DNA of 64,000 nucleotides from Rickettsiales bacterium (GTDB lineage Bacteria; Pseudomonadota; Alphaproteobacteria; Rickettsiales; UBA998), in the NCBI GenBank assembly GCA_024304995.1, contig JAMWZD010000001.1:641472-705471 (forward strand). The letters run 5' to 3'. Of the stretch, positions 18,489-28,916 are shown piece after piece. Every line of letters begins with the position of its first letter. Within the stretch, counting starts at the first letter, position 1. A program made the position numbers and the translations under genes. The notes beneath the pieces were generated by a model. That model saw nothing but the letters and a program-made list of their open reading frames with translations. It had not been told where the DNA came from and ran no database searches.

Positions 18489-19655
18489 ATGACTGATTCT
18501 TCTTCATTCCTGCCCCCGTATAATGCCATACTAGTAATGGAAAACGGGGATGAGTTTTACGGATATGGTATTGGGCGTGAGGGAACCGTGTATGGTGAGT
18601 TATGCTTTAACACTGCCATGAGCGGCTATCAGGAAATTCTGACTGACCCGTCTTATTACGGGCAGATTATCAATTTCACCACACCGCATATCGGCAATGT
18701 AGGCTGCAATCTGGAAGATATTGAATCTCAGGTAAAATCAGCGCGTGGCTGCGTGATACGTGAAGCCATCACCTCCCCTTCCAGCTGGCGCTCAAGAGGC
18801 AACTTTAATCTCTGGCTGGATAATCAGGGAATTACAGGGATCAGCGGTATCGACACTCGCGCATTAACCTCCTTCATCCGCACACATGGTCATCCGAAAA
18901 TCGCCATAGCCTATCATGCAGATGGGCTGGATGCGATTGACATCAGCACCATTCACGCAGATCTGGCAGAAACAGACTCACTCAAAGGTGCAGAACTCAC
19001 CGAATTTGTGACCGAACCCGAAAAACGCAACTGGTCAGAAAGCATCTGGGAACTGGAACATGGATATGGCGAGAATGCCAATACATCCTTCCACGTGGTG
19101 GCGATTGATTATGGCGCGAAAATGAACATTCTGCGCCTGCTGACGGCGAAAGGCTGCAAGGTGACGGTTGTGCCAGGCAATACAGATGCAAAAACCATTA
19201 TGAAGCTGAATCCTGACGGAGTATTTCTTTCCAATGGCCCAGGTGACCCGTCTGCCACAGCGCATTTTGCACTCCCTGTCATTAAAGAATTATTACATGC
19301 CAACATGCCCATTTTTGGCATTTGTCTTGGGCATCAGCTGCTTGCACTGGCGCTGGGCGCAAAGACTGAAAAAATGTATCAGGGGCATCGCGGTGCAAAC
19401 CATCCTGTAAAAAATCTTCTAAGCAACAAAGTGGAAATCACCAGCCAGAATCATGGTTTTGTGGTGCATAGTGATTCCCTGCCTTCCAACGTGGAAATCA
19501 CCCATCTTTCGCTATTTGATGGCACGATTGAGGGCATCAAAAGCAAAGAAAAACCTGCCTTCTCTGTGCAATATCACCCCGAATCCTCCCCTGGCCCGCA
19601 TGACAGCGAATATCTCTTCCAGCAATTTGTAGACATGATGCAGGGGCGTGCGTGA
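18489..19655 (+). CDS. carA: carbamoyl-phosphate synthase small subunit
   Basis: GATase motif ICLGHQLL and the HGFVV/HPE triad region. Start trimmed to the ATG at 18489. Confidence 0.95.
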   Translation: MTDSSSFLPPYNAILVMENGDEFYGYGIGREGTVYGELCFNTAMSGYQEILTDPSYYGQIINFTTPHIGNVGCNLEDIESQVKSARGCVIREAITSPSSWRSRGNFNLWLDNQGITGISGIDTRALTSFIRTHGHPKIAIAYHADGLDAIDISTIHADLAETDSLKGAELTEFVTEPEKRNWSESIWELEHGYGENANTSFHVVAIDYGAKMNILRLLTAKGCKVTVVPGNTDAKTIMKLNPDGVFLSNGPGDPSATAHFALPVIKELLHANMPIFGICLGHQLLALALGAKTEKMYQGHRGANHPVKNLLSNKVEITSQNHGFVVHSDSLPSNVEITHLSLFDGTIEGIKSKEKPAFSVQYHPESSPGPHDSEYLFQQFVDMMQGRA

Positions 19656-20017
19656 TGGATGCAATCCATAATGATAGCTCTGCACCTCCCGCCATCCATC
19701 ATGCGTTGCTAAAAGATGCTGATATTGATGATACGGATTTCTTGCGCGATATTGCCGCCCTGCCTTATGTGGAGCGTATCCTGTTATTTGGTTCGCGCAC
19801 AACACAGGATTATATGGAAGGCGCGGATCTGGACATCGCCGTAGACTGCCCTGATGCAAGCGATGAAGAATGGCATCATATCACGGACATAGCAGAACGT
19901 GCCTATACCTTGCTTTCCATAGATTGCGTCCGACTGGACACCCTAAAAGATGGGTTTTTCAAAGAACAGATTTTGCAGCACAGCAAAGTGATTTGCGATA
20001 AGCGTGGCGGTGCGTGA
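19655..20017 (+). CDS. minimal nucleotidyltransferase (MNT, HI0073-like antitoxin)
   Basis: ILLFGSRTTQDYMEGADLDIAVD (GS...DxD). Its ATG overlaps the carA TGA (TGATG). Confidence 0.85.
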   Translation: MDAIHNDSSAPPAIHHALLKDADIDDTDFLRDIAALPYVERILLFGSRTTQDYMEGADLDIAVDCPDASDEEWHHITDIAERAYTLLSIDCVRLDTLKDGFFKEQILQHSKVICDKRGGA

Positions 20018-20433
20018 TGACAGACATCACACTGGTAACCCATGCCGTCACGCAAACGCGCAACGCGCTGAACCGTTTAGACGAAGCGATTGGCGAACCG
20101 CTGGATTCTCATGCGTTCATGCTGGATGCCACTTTGCAGCGCTTTGAATATAGCTACGAAATGCTGTGGAAAACGCTTCGCAAATTGTTTGCGCTCAAAC
20201 ATATCCGCGTGAGTAACGCATGGGATGCCTTTAAAGAAGCCTATGCGCAACAGCTTATCAGTGATAAAGTCCTATGGAAACGCATTATAGAAGACCGCAA
20301 CCGCACGGTGCATCATTATTCTAACGAAGATGCCACCGCCATTTATCACCGCGTGTGCGATGAATATTTTTTGGCGATGACCGCGTTATTAGATGTGATT
20401 GAACGAGAACTGCAACATGAGTTTGTGGGGTGA
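20017..20433 (+). CDS. HEPN-domain protein, HI0074-type nucleotidyltransferase substrate-binding family (toxin)
   Basis: LQRFEYSYEMLWKTLRK and the Rx4H motif RNRTVHHY. Its ATG overlaps the MNT TGA (TGATG). Confidence 0.85.
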   Translation: MTDITLVTHAVTQTRNALNRLDEAIGEPLDSHAFMLDATLQRFEYSYEMLWKTLRKLFALKHIRVSNAWDAFKEAYAQQLISDKVLWKRIIEDRNRTVHHYSNEDATAIYHRVCDEYFLAMTALLDVIERELQHEFVG

Positions 20434-20458
20434 TGTAACGCTGGAGAGTAAATAGCAA

Positions 20459-21562
20459 ATGGCTTTTGATAAACCAACATTAATTATAATTGGTGCTGGA
20501 GCAAGTTTACCTTACAACTATCCTCTTGGTGATGATTTGATTAATGAGATAATCACGGCAAGCGATGAAGTTATTCATCGTGGGAAAATTACTGAAGCAT
20601 ATAGTCACTTAAAAGATATGCTATTGTTGCATGACCCTACTAGTATTGATACGTTTATGAAAAATCATGCAACAACTGGGGCAAATAGCGATTATAATAT
20701 ACAGAGTATATGCAAACAATTGATTGCAGAAATTATATTAAAAAAAGAAAACGCAGAATATTTTGATAAAAATAAACAGGTAGGAGGCAATCTAAATTGG
20801 TATCGTTACCTTGCACACGCTATTTTAGAAGATATTGATTCATTAAAAGACCCTAATGCTGCGCTTCCATTTAGAATTATTACCTTCAATTATGACGTAT
20901 CTCTAGACTATTATCTATTGACACGTATTTTAGCTGCTCCGCTACTATCCGATGAAGAAAAGCAAATTATATTAAAGAAGCTAGGCAATAATATTATACA
21001 TGTATATGGTGCTGTGAGAAACGTACCATGGGAAGATACAACATCACATGAAACAATTATTAGACATCTAATTAATAAACAACTAATAAAACCATCTAGC
21101 AATGCAATGACGATAAACGGTTCTGAGCAATATCTTGGTAGAGAAGACATTGAAATTCTTTATGGCATTGCAAATTTAAAAACTCAAAATTCTAAAAGCG
21201 TATTTTCTCCTTGTAAGGCGCAGGACAGCCATGACTTCAAGAACTTTTGCAATCAAGCTGCATCAAATTTACGCATCATTGGTGAAGAAAGAGCTTCAGG
21301 CAAGCAATCGCTTGCACCTTACTATGAGTTTATGCTAAATGAAATGAAGAAAATTATGTTTCTTGGGTTTGGCTTTGACAAAACTAATATGGAACTTGTT
21401 TTTTTATCACACAGACTATCTTCTCTGGAAACTATTGAATATACCAATTATGGAAACAAAAAGAAAATAAACGATTTTGTGCATTCGTACTTTGAGGTTG
21501 TTGACATTTCTTGTTCAACCAAAGACGTATATAATGCACTAGTTAATGACTTTAACTTATAG
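20459..21562 (+). CDS. stand-alone SIR2-like (SIR2_2-type) protein
   Basis: Motifs IIIGAGASLPYNYPLG, ITFNYDVSLD, IIHVYGAV and IMFLGFGFDKTN in SIR2-family order. AT-rich (20/60 GC in the first 60 nt). Confidence 0.6.
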   Translation: MAFDKPTLIIIGAGASLPYNYPLGDDLINEIITASDEVIHRGKITEAYSHLKDMLLLHDPTSIDTFMKNHATTGANSDYNIQSICKQLIAEIILKKENAEYFDKNKQVGGNLNWYRYLAHAILEDIDSLKDPNAALPFRIITFNYDVSLDYYLLTRILAAPLLSDEEKQIILKKLGNNIIHVYGAVRNVPWEDTTSHETIIRHLINKQLIKPSSNAMTINGSEQYLGREDIEILYGIANLKTQNSKSVFSPCKAQDSHDFKNFCNQAASNLRIIGEERASGKQSLAPYYEFMLNEMKKIMFLGFGFDKTNMELVFLSHRLSSLETIEYTNYGNKKKINDFVHSYFEVVDISCSTKDVYNALVNDFNL

Positions 21563-21603
21563 CTACATAGTGATAGCTTGAATACCTGAATAAGAGATAC
21601 ATC

Positions 21604-24600
21604 ATGCCTAAAAGAACCGACATACATTCCATCCTCATCATTGGCGCGGGGCCTATTGTTATTGGGCAGGCGTGTGAATTTGATTATTCTGGAACGCAGG
21701 CGTGCAAGGCATTGCGGGAGGAAGGGTATCGGGTGATTCTGGTGAATTCCAACCCTGCCACCATCATGACAGACCCTGACATGGCGGATGCGACCTATAT
21801 TGAGCCCATCACACCTGAATTTGTGGAAAAAATTATCGCCAAGGAAAAGCCAGATGCTCTGCTGCCCACGATGGGTGGGCAAACGGCGTTGAATTGCGCC
21901 AAAGCGCTGGCAGAACGTGGCGTGCTGGATGCACATGGTGTGGAACTGATTGGTGCAAAGTTGGAAGCCATCAACATGGCGGAAGACCGTCAGCTTTTTG
22001 CAGATGCCATGAAGCGCATTGGGTTGCAATGCCCTAAACAAGCTACGGCACATTCGATGGATGAAGCATTTAAAGTGCTGGATGAAGTCGGTCTGCCTGC
22101 CATTATCCGCCCATCATTCACCATGGGTGGCGCAGGCGGCGGGGTTGCCTATAACCGTGAAGAATTTGAGCAGATCGTTAAAAGCGGGCTGGAAGCCTCT
22201 CCCACCACAGAAGTGCTGATCGACGAGTCTATTCTTGGCTGGAAAGAGTTTGAAATGGAAGTGGTGCGTGACCATGCGGATAACTGCATCATCATCTGCG
22301 CGATTGAAAATATAGACCCGATGGGCGTACATACAGGCGATTCCATGACCGTTGCACCTGCGCTGACGCTGACCGACAAAGAATATCAGATTATGCGTGA
22401 TGCTTCCATTGCGGTGCTACGTGAAATTGGCGTGGATACGGGTGGTTCCAACGTGCAGTTCGCTGTAAACCCTGAAAATGGACGCATGATCGTGATTGAG
22501 ATGAATCCGCGTGTGTCACGTTCCTCTGCGCTGGCATCCAAAGCGACAGGTTTCCCGATTGCTAAGGTGGCGGCAAAACTGGCAGTGGGCTATACGCTGG
22601 ATGAAATCACCAACGATATTACCCGCGCCACACCTGCGTCTTTTGAGCCAAGCATTGATTATGTCGTGACGAAAATCCCGCGTTTTGCATTTGAAAAATT
22701 CCCAGAAGCAGAAAATTCACTGACCACGTCTATGAAATCCGTCGGTGAAGCGATGGCGATGGGGCGCAATTTTGCGGAATCCATGCAAAAAGCATTGCGT
22801 TCGCTGGAAACTGGACTGACTGGCTTCAATGAAGTGGTCAAAAATTCAAAGAACCCTACGGATGAAATTAAGAGCCGTCTGGCGCAACCAACACCAGACC
22901 GTCTGCTTATAGTGGCTGATGCGTTCCGCCATCATTTCAGTCTGGAAGATATTGCAGCCATCACCAAATATGACCCGTGGTTTTTAGAACAAATCCGCAA
23001 TATTGTGGAAATGGAACAGCAACTGAAAGTGAAAGGGCTGCCAACTGACAAACGCTCATTACTGCACATCAAAAAAATGGGCTTTAGTGACGACCGTCTG
23101 GCAGAACTCACGCAGCATGAAACCAAAACTGTGGCATCACTACGCGAAAATCTTGGTGTGTTCCCCGTTTACAAACGGATTGATACCTGCGCAGGCGAAT
23201 TTGATGCACTGACACCCTATATGTATTCCACCTATGAAGGGGATGGCGTTCATGATGGAATGTGTGAGTCTGACCCGACAGACAAGGAAAAAATCATCAT
23301 TTTAGGCGGCGGACCGAACCGAATTGGGCAGGGGATTGAGTTTGATTATTGCTGCGTTCATGCGGCCTATGCCCTTTCTGAAGCGGGTTTTGAAACCATC
23401 ATGGTGAATTGCAACCCTGAAACAGTCTCTACCGATTATGACACATCTGACCGTCTGTATTTCGAACCACTGACTGCCGAAGATGTGATCAATCTTATCC
23501 GCAAAGAGCAGGAAAATGGTTTTGTACGTGGTGTGATTGTGCAGTTTGGCGGGCAAACGCCACTGAAACTGGCGCGCGCACTGGAAGCAGCGGGCATCCC
23601 GATTATCGGCACATCACCCGATGCGATTGACCTGGCGGAAGACCGTGAGCGCTTCCAGAAGCTACTTTATTCTTTGGAGTTGAAGCAACCTGCCAACACT
23701 ATCTGCCATAGTGAAGAAGAAGTGCTGGAACAGGCTGACGTGATGGGATACCCCGTGGTGGTGCGCCCATCTTACGTGCTTGGCGGGCGGGCGATGGCAA
23801 TTATTTATGATTCTGAGCGTCTCAAAAAATATTTGCATGACGTATTGCGTGAATTTCAGGACAACCCGATTTTGCTGGATTCATTCTTAAAAGATGCGAT
23901 TGAAATTGATGTGGATGCACTCTCAGACGGGCAGCATGTGCATGTTTGTGGCATCATGGAACATATTGAGGAAGCAGGGATTCACTCAGGTGATTCCGCC
24001 TGTTCCCTGCCGCCACATACGCTCAGTGATGAATTGATAGATGACATTAAGATTCAAACCATTCAGCTTGCACGCGCACTGAACGTGGTTGGATTGCTCA
24101 ACATTCAGTTTGCCGTGAAAGATGGCGATATCTTCATTATTGAAGTGAACCCACGCGCCAGCCGCACTGTACCGTTCGTGGCAAAAACGATTGGCATTCC
24201 TGTAGCAAAATATGCATCCCGCCTGATGGCAGGTGAAAAACTTGCGGATCTGGGGCTGTCGCATGACAGCATCATTGACATGGAAGCATTAGGGCATGTG
24301 GCTGTGAAGGAAGCGGTATTGCCATTCAAACGCTTCCCTGGCAGTGATGCTATTTTAGGTCCTGAAATGAAATCCACAGGTGAAGTGATGGGCATTGACA
24401 GCTCATTCGGACGCGCCTTTGCCAAAGCCTATATGGCGACGGGCAGCAAACTTCCTAATGAAGGCAATGTGTTCGTGTCCGTTAAGGACAGTGACAAACA
24501 TGCGCTGATAGACATTTGCACCTCGCTGCGTGAACTGGGCTTCAGCATTGTTGCGACCAAAGGAACGCAGGAGTTTCTGGCAGGGCATGATATTGCTGCA

Positions 24601-24861
24601 TCGGTTGTGAACAAGGTTCGTCAGGGGCGGCCACATATTGTTGATAGTCTGAAGGATGGTAAAATTCAGTTTGTGATTAATACGACCGAAGGCGCAAAAT
24701 CCATCAGCGATAGCGCATCCATTCGAAAAACATCATTGCAGCAGAATATCCCATATTGCACGACTATCGCAGGGACGCGCGCCTTGATTGAAGCCATGAA
24801 GTTTATTCACAAGGAACGTGGCATGAGCGTGAAAGCCATTCAGGAGTACTTCACCGCGTGA
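21604..24861 (+). CDS. carB: carbamoyl-phosphate synthase large subunit
   Basis: 1085 aa with duplicated ATP-grasp halves and an MGS-like C-terminus. Confidence 0.97.
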   Translation: MPKRTDIHSILIIGAGPIVIGQACEFDYSGTQACKALREEGYRVILVNSNPATIMTDPDMADATYIEPITPEFVEKIIAKEKPDALLPTMGGQTALNCAKALAERGVLDAHGVELIGAKLEAINMAEDRQLFADAMKRIGLQCPKQATAHSMDEAFKVLDEVGLPAIIRPSFTMGGAGGGVAYNREEFEQIVKSGLEASPTTEVLIDESILGWKEFEMEVVRDHADNCIIICAIENIDPMGVHTGDSMTVAPALTLTDKEYQIMRDASIAVLREIGVDTGGSNVQFAVNPENGRMIVIEMNPRVSRSSALASKATGFPIAKVAAKLAVGYTLDEITNDITRATPASFEPSIDYVVTKIPRFAFEKFPEAENSLTTSMKSVGEAMAMGRNFAESMQKALRSLETGLTGFNEVVKNSKNPTDEIKSRLAQPTPDRLLIVADAFRHHFSLEDIAAITKYDPWFLEQIRNIVEMEQQLKVKGLPTDKRSLLHIKKMGFSDDRLAELTQHETKTVASLRENLGVFPVYKRIDTCAGEFDALTPYMYSTYEGDGVHDGMCESDPTDKEKIIILGGGPNRIGQGIEFDYCCVHAAYALSEAGFETIMVNCNPETVSTDYDTSDRLYFEPLTAEDVINLIRKEQENGFVRGVIVQFGGQTPLKLARALEAAGIPIIGTSPDAIDLAEDRERFQKLLYSLELKQPANTICHSEEEVLEQADVMGYPVVVRPSYVLGGRAMAIIYDSERLKKYLHDVLREFQDNPILLDSFLKDAIEIDVDALSDGQHVHVCGIMEHIEEAGIHSGDSACSLPPHTLSDELIDDIKIQTIQLARALNVVGLLNIQFAVKDGDIFIIEVNPRASRTVPFVAKTIGIPVAKYASRLMAGEKLADLGLSHDSIIDMEALGHVAVKEAVLPFKRFPGSDAILGPEMKSTGEVMGIDSSFGRAFAKAYMATGSKLPNEGNVFVSVKDSDKHALIDICTSLRELGFSIVATKGTQEFLAGHDIAASVVNKVRQGRPHIVDSLKDGKIQFVINTTEGAKSISDSASIRKTSLQQNIPYCTTIAGTRALIEAMKFIHKERGMSVKAIQEYFTA

Positions 24862-24920
24862 GTATGCTAAGCTAATCATAATTATAAATATGTTAAGGTT
24901 TTCATGCGATACTATAGCGT

Positions 24921-27900
24921 ATGAAATTAGCCGACTTGTATACAACAACCTGCCTTAGTGCCGTTCTGCTCAGCATGACATGTGCAGGCACGGTGCTGGC
25001 TGCCCCTGAAGGCGCGCAGGTTGCTGCTGGTTCAGCCAATATAAGTTCACCCCAGTCAGGGCATGTGGTAATTCAACAGCACACAGATAAAGCTGTAATC
25101 AACTGGAACCAGTTTGATATTAAGGCAGGAGAACATACAGAATTTCGCCAGCCCTCTCAAAATGCATCCACCTTAAACCGAATTAAAGGGAACGCACCAA
25201 GCAACATCAATGGCAGATTAACTGCCAATGGCAATATTGTTGTGGTGAATCCTCATGGTGTGGTGTTTGGAAAGAATGCCAAAGTGGATGTGGGCGGGCT
25301 GGTTGCCAGCACAGCCGACATTGCTGATGAGAATTTCATGAAAGGCACACTGGGTTTTGACCGCCCTGGCAAAGCAGATGCAGCCATCATCAATCATGGT
25401 GTGATTACCGCAAAAGATGCAGGACTGGTAGGGTTGGTAGCACCGCACGTGGAAAATCATGGTACGATACAGGCAAGATTAGGAAAAATAGTTTTGGCAT
25501 CAGGTGAAACAGCAACAGTTGATATGCACGGAGACGGGTTAATTCAGGTTGCTGCAAGCGGAGACAGCAAAAAACTGCTTGTTTCGCAGCAGGGAACGTT
25601 ACTTTCAGAAGGCGGCACTATTGCATTGACTGCAGCAGATGGCCGCAACATGCTTGACAGCCTGATTCAGGCAGATGGAGCATTATCAGCTGCTTCTATC
25701 CAGCATTCTGGTGGCAGAATTGTGATTACAGGTCAGGATAGCGATATAGAAGTAAATGCTGATATGGATGTTTCTGGTATGGATAAGGCTGGAAGCCTAT
25801 ATATTGGCGGGGATTTTAAGGGCAATGGCACATTACCCACCGCCAGAAATGTAACGCTAAACAAGGATGCTGTCATACGCGCAAATGTGAGAGGCGATGG
25901 CAAAGGCGGCACGGTGATCGTCTGGTCAGACGAACAGACAAGATTTGCTGGCACAATTGAAGCAAAAGGGAGCGCAGGCGGTTTTGTTGAAACATCAGGT
26001 AAACAAAAGCTGAACATTGCTGATTCTGCATCTGTGGATACGCAAAATGGCACATGGCTCCTGGATCCTCAGGATTTTACCATCGCAGATTCTGGTGGAG
26101 ACATGACGCCAGCTGCATTGCAGACCAATCTGGCAAGTAACAATGTCACCATTACCAATGCAGCAGGTGCAGGGAACGGTGACATCACCATATCAGATGC
26201 AGTTAGCTGGAGCAGCAGCAACACGCTGACACTGGATGCCATCCGCCACGTTCAGGTGGATGATGCCATCAGCAACAGCGCAGGGGGTAATCTGATTTTG
26301 CGAGCAGATAAGAATGGCACTGGCACGGGAACAGTCAATTTTGGTGGCGGTGGGTCTGTCAGCATGAATACGGGGCGTAGTGATATATATTATAATCCCA
26401 CCAGCTACACCACACCAACCAATTATGCAGCGAATGTGACAGGCACGTTTGATGCATGGATGTTAGTGCATGATGTGAATGATTTGCAGGATATCAGTGG
26501 CAATAAAAGCGGTAATTATGCACTCAGCAAAGATATTGATGCCAGCGCAACAACGGGTTGGAATGGTGGTTTAGGGTTCAATGCGATTGGGTTCAGCGGT
26601 AGCGAATTTACTGGAAAATTTAACGGTCAGAATTTTGCTATTAATAACTTATTTATCAACCGTCCTTCTCAGGGCAATCTGGGTATGTTTGGCGGCATTG
26701 ACAGCGCAGAAATTAAAAATGTGCGTGTATTATCCGCAAACATTACTGGTCAGGATGATACTGGCATATTAGCGGGCGATGTTGAGCAATCCACCATAAC
26801 TAACGTGCATACCTCAGGTAATGTTACTGGAAACATTAGTGTTGGCGGTCTTATTGGTGAAGCTTCAGACAGCACCACTATCACTCAGTCATCTTCCGCA
26901 GCAAATGTTTCAGGCAATGGTGAAGTGGGCGGACTTATTGGTGACCACGAAATGGCATCTTCAACCAGCAATAGTTTTGCCACAGGAAACGTAACATCCG
27001 CAGGAGATAATATCGGCGGACTCATTGGTAATAATGACAGCGTTACCGTGTCCGATAGTTATTCTACGGGATCTGTTACAGGAAATTACCGCGTTGGTGG
27101 TTTGGTAGGTGAAAACAGCACAAATTCCACAATAACCAATAGCTATTCTACATCCAATGTAAATGCCGATAGAAATGTAGGCGGTTTAACAGGAGACAAT
27201 AACAATAACTCCACCATTACGAACAGTTATGCAACAGGCATCATTACAGCAGGCGACGACAACGCAGGAGGGTTGGTGGGTCTCTTAAGTGGCAATTCAA
27301 CCATTACTACCAGCTATGCAACTGGTAATGTAAGCGGAGAAGATGATGTTGGCGGTTTGGTTGGGGATTCAGAAGGCACCATTTCCAACAGCTACGCTAC
27401 GGGAAGCGTTACTGCAAGAGACAATGTGGGTGGTTTTGCAGGAAGACATGATAATGGGGCAACAACGTCAAATAGTTATGCACTCGGCAATATATCTGGA
27501 AGAGATAATGTTGGCGGGTTTATAGGTCTTAATGACAGCGCAACGTCTACGAATAATTACGCCACGGGTACGGTATCTGGAAGAAATTCAGTTGGCGGTC
27601 TGGTTGGTAGCAACGCTGGCACGTCCTCAGTCACTCAAAGTTATGCAACTGGCAATATCACTGCCACTGCTGGCTCACTGAGTATTGGAGGGTTAGTAGG
27701 GGAACATAAAGATAACGCAACCATAACTTCCAGTTATGCGACGGGAGACATTTCGGGTGATGGTGACTGTGTAGGTGGATTGGTTGGTTGGGCAATGGAC
27801 AATGCACGCACAGAAACAAGTTTCTCAACAGGTAACATTACAATAGGAGCGGGAAGAAATATTGGTGGCCTAACAGGGTTAGTTTCGAACGATACTGTCA

Positions 27901-28907
27901 CGCTCAACAGTTACGCAACAGGTATAGTGAATGGTGATGATGATGTTGGCGGACTAGTTGGGGAAATGAGAGAAAATGCAGTTTTAAACTTTGTATATTC
28001 AACTGGGCAGGTTTCAGGGAATACAGATGTTGGTGGCTTAATCGGGCTACGCGCCAATGCATCCAGTGTCACCAATGGATATTGGAATGTGACCACATCA
28101 GGGCAGGCAACCAGCAACGCAGGTACGGAAACAGGGCTGACCACAGCACAAATGATGGACGCGGCATCTTTCACAGGATTTGACATTGCCACAACAGGTG
28201 GCAGCTCCAATGTATGGCGCATTTATGAAGGTAACACTGCCCCATTACTGCGATCTTTTTTAACGCCGCTTAACGTAAAAGCGAATGATGCTACAATGAC
28301 ATTCAATGGCAGTGCTTACAATGGTAGCGAAGGGGTAACTTATACCACCTTCAACACGGGCGATAATAGCAGCAATTTACTGGGAACACTAGATTATGGC
28401 AGCTCTGATACAGATATTGGAACGTATGTTTTAACGCCAAGCGGTTTGTATGATGACCAATTCGGATATGATATTAGTTACAGCACAGGAACATTAAACA
28501 TTACTGTTGCACCACCTGCACCTTCTGCACCAACAATACAGCCAACATCACCAAAAACCAAAGTGCCGACAACTGTTCCAGAAACCACTCCTCCATCATC
28601 ACCTCAGACATTACCAGCGCCTGAGACTCCTGTGGTTCAAACGCCCCCCACTTCCAAACCAGAATCAAAGCCTCGCTCCACATCAATTCCCACAACGGTA
28701 GAAATTGTATCGCAAAAGCCAGCCCCTGAAAGCAACGGAACTGCTTCAGTTGCAAAAGGCACGCAGCGTTCACCCCAGCACACTTCGTCAAATAAGATGA
28801 TTTTTGTTGAAACAGATGAGACCAGCAATGCAACCTCTAAAGGGGATATTATAATCAGCAAACCGCTTGCAAAAATGCTTAATCTGACCCGCTCATTATT
28901 TGATTAA
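24921..28907 (+). CDS. TPS-domain (filamentous haemagglutinin N-terminal) exoprotein with GLUG repeats and a Pro-rich tail
   Basis: Signal peptide. TPS motifs INWNQFDI and VVNPHGVVFG. About 16 GLUG-type repeats (VGGLVG). C-terminal P/T/S-rich segment. Confidence 0.85.
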   Translation: MKLADLYTTTCLSAVLLSMTCAGTVLAAPEGAQVAAGSANISSPQSGHVVIQQHTDKAVINWNQFDIKAGEHTEFRQPSQNASTLNRIKGNAPSNINGRLTANGNIVVVNPHGVVFGKNAKVDVGGLVASTADIADENFMKGTLGFDRPGKADAAIINHGVITAKDAGLVGLVAPHVENHGTIQARLGKIVLASGETATVDMHGDGLIQVAASGDSKKLLVSQQGTLLSEGGTIALTAADGRNMLDSLIQADGALSAASIQHSGGRIVITGQDSDIEVNADMDVSGMDKAGSLYIGGDFKGNGTLPTARNVTLNKDAVIRANVRGDGKGGTVIVWSDEQTRFAGTIEAKGSAGGFVETSGKQKLNIADSASVDTQNGTWLLDPQDFTIADSGGDMTPAALQTNLASNNVTITNAAGAGNGDITISDAVSWSSSNTLTLDAIRHVQVDDAISNSAGGNLILRADKNGTGTGTVNFGGGGSVSMNTGRSDIYYNPTSYTTPTNYAANVTGTFDAWMLVHDVNDLQDISGNKSGNYALSKDIDASATTGWNGGLGFNAIGFSGSEFTGKFNGQNFAINNLFINRPSQGNLGMFGGIDSAEIKNVRVLSANITGQDDTGILAGDVEQSTITNVHTSGNVTGNISVGGLIGEASDSTTITQSSSAANVSGNGEVGGLIGDHEMASSTSNSFATGNVTSAGDNIGGLIGNNDSVTVSDSYSTGSVTGNYRVGGLVGENSTNSTITNSYSTSNVNADRNVGGLTGDNNNNSTITNSYATGIITAGDDNAGGLVGLLSGNSTITTSYATGNVSGEDDVGGLVGDSEGTISNSYATGSVTARDNVGGFAGRHDNGATTSNSYALGNISGRDNVGGFIGLNDSATSTNNYATGTVSGRNSVGGLVGSNAGTSSVTQSYATGNITATAGSLSIGGLVGEHKDNATITSSYATGDISGDGDCVGGLVGWAMDNARTETSFSTGNITIGAGRNIGGLTGLVSNDTVTLNSYATGIVNGDDDVGGLVGEMRENAVLNFVYSTGQVSGNTDVGGLIGLRANASSVTNGYWNVTTSGQATSNAGTETGLTTAQMMDAASFTGFDIATTGGSSNVWRIYEGNTAPLLRSFLTPLNVKANDATMTFNGSAYNGSEGVTYTTFNTGDNSSNLLGTLDYGSSDTDIGTYVLTPSGLYDDQFGYDISYSTGTLNITVAPPAPSAPTIQPTSPKTKVPTTVPETTPPSSPQTLPAPETPVVQTPPTSKPESKPRSTSIPTTVEIVSQKPAPESNGTASVAKGTQRSPQHTSSNKMIFVETDETSNATSKGDIIISKPLAKMLNLTRSLFD
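26673..28080 (+). repeat. coding tandem repeats (~28-30 aa GLUG units)
   Basis: Units of the form NSYATGNVSGxxxVGGLVGxxxxxSTIT recur about 16 times. Confidence 0.8.
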
Positions 28908-28916
28908 GATGTGCAT

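Noticed and set aside
21448-22053. 201-aa minus-strand ORF spanning the SIR2-like 3' end and the carB 5' end
   Set aside because: It is antisense to carB, whose identity is certain, and crosses an intergenic region. No domain is present.
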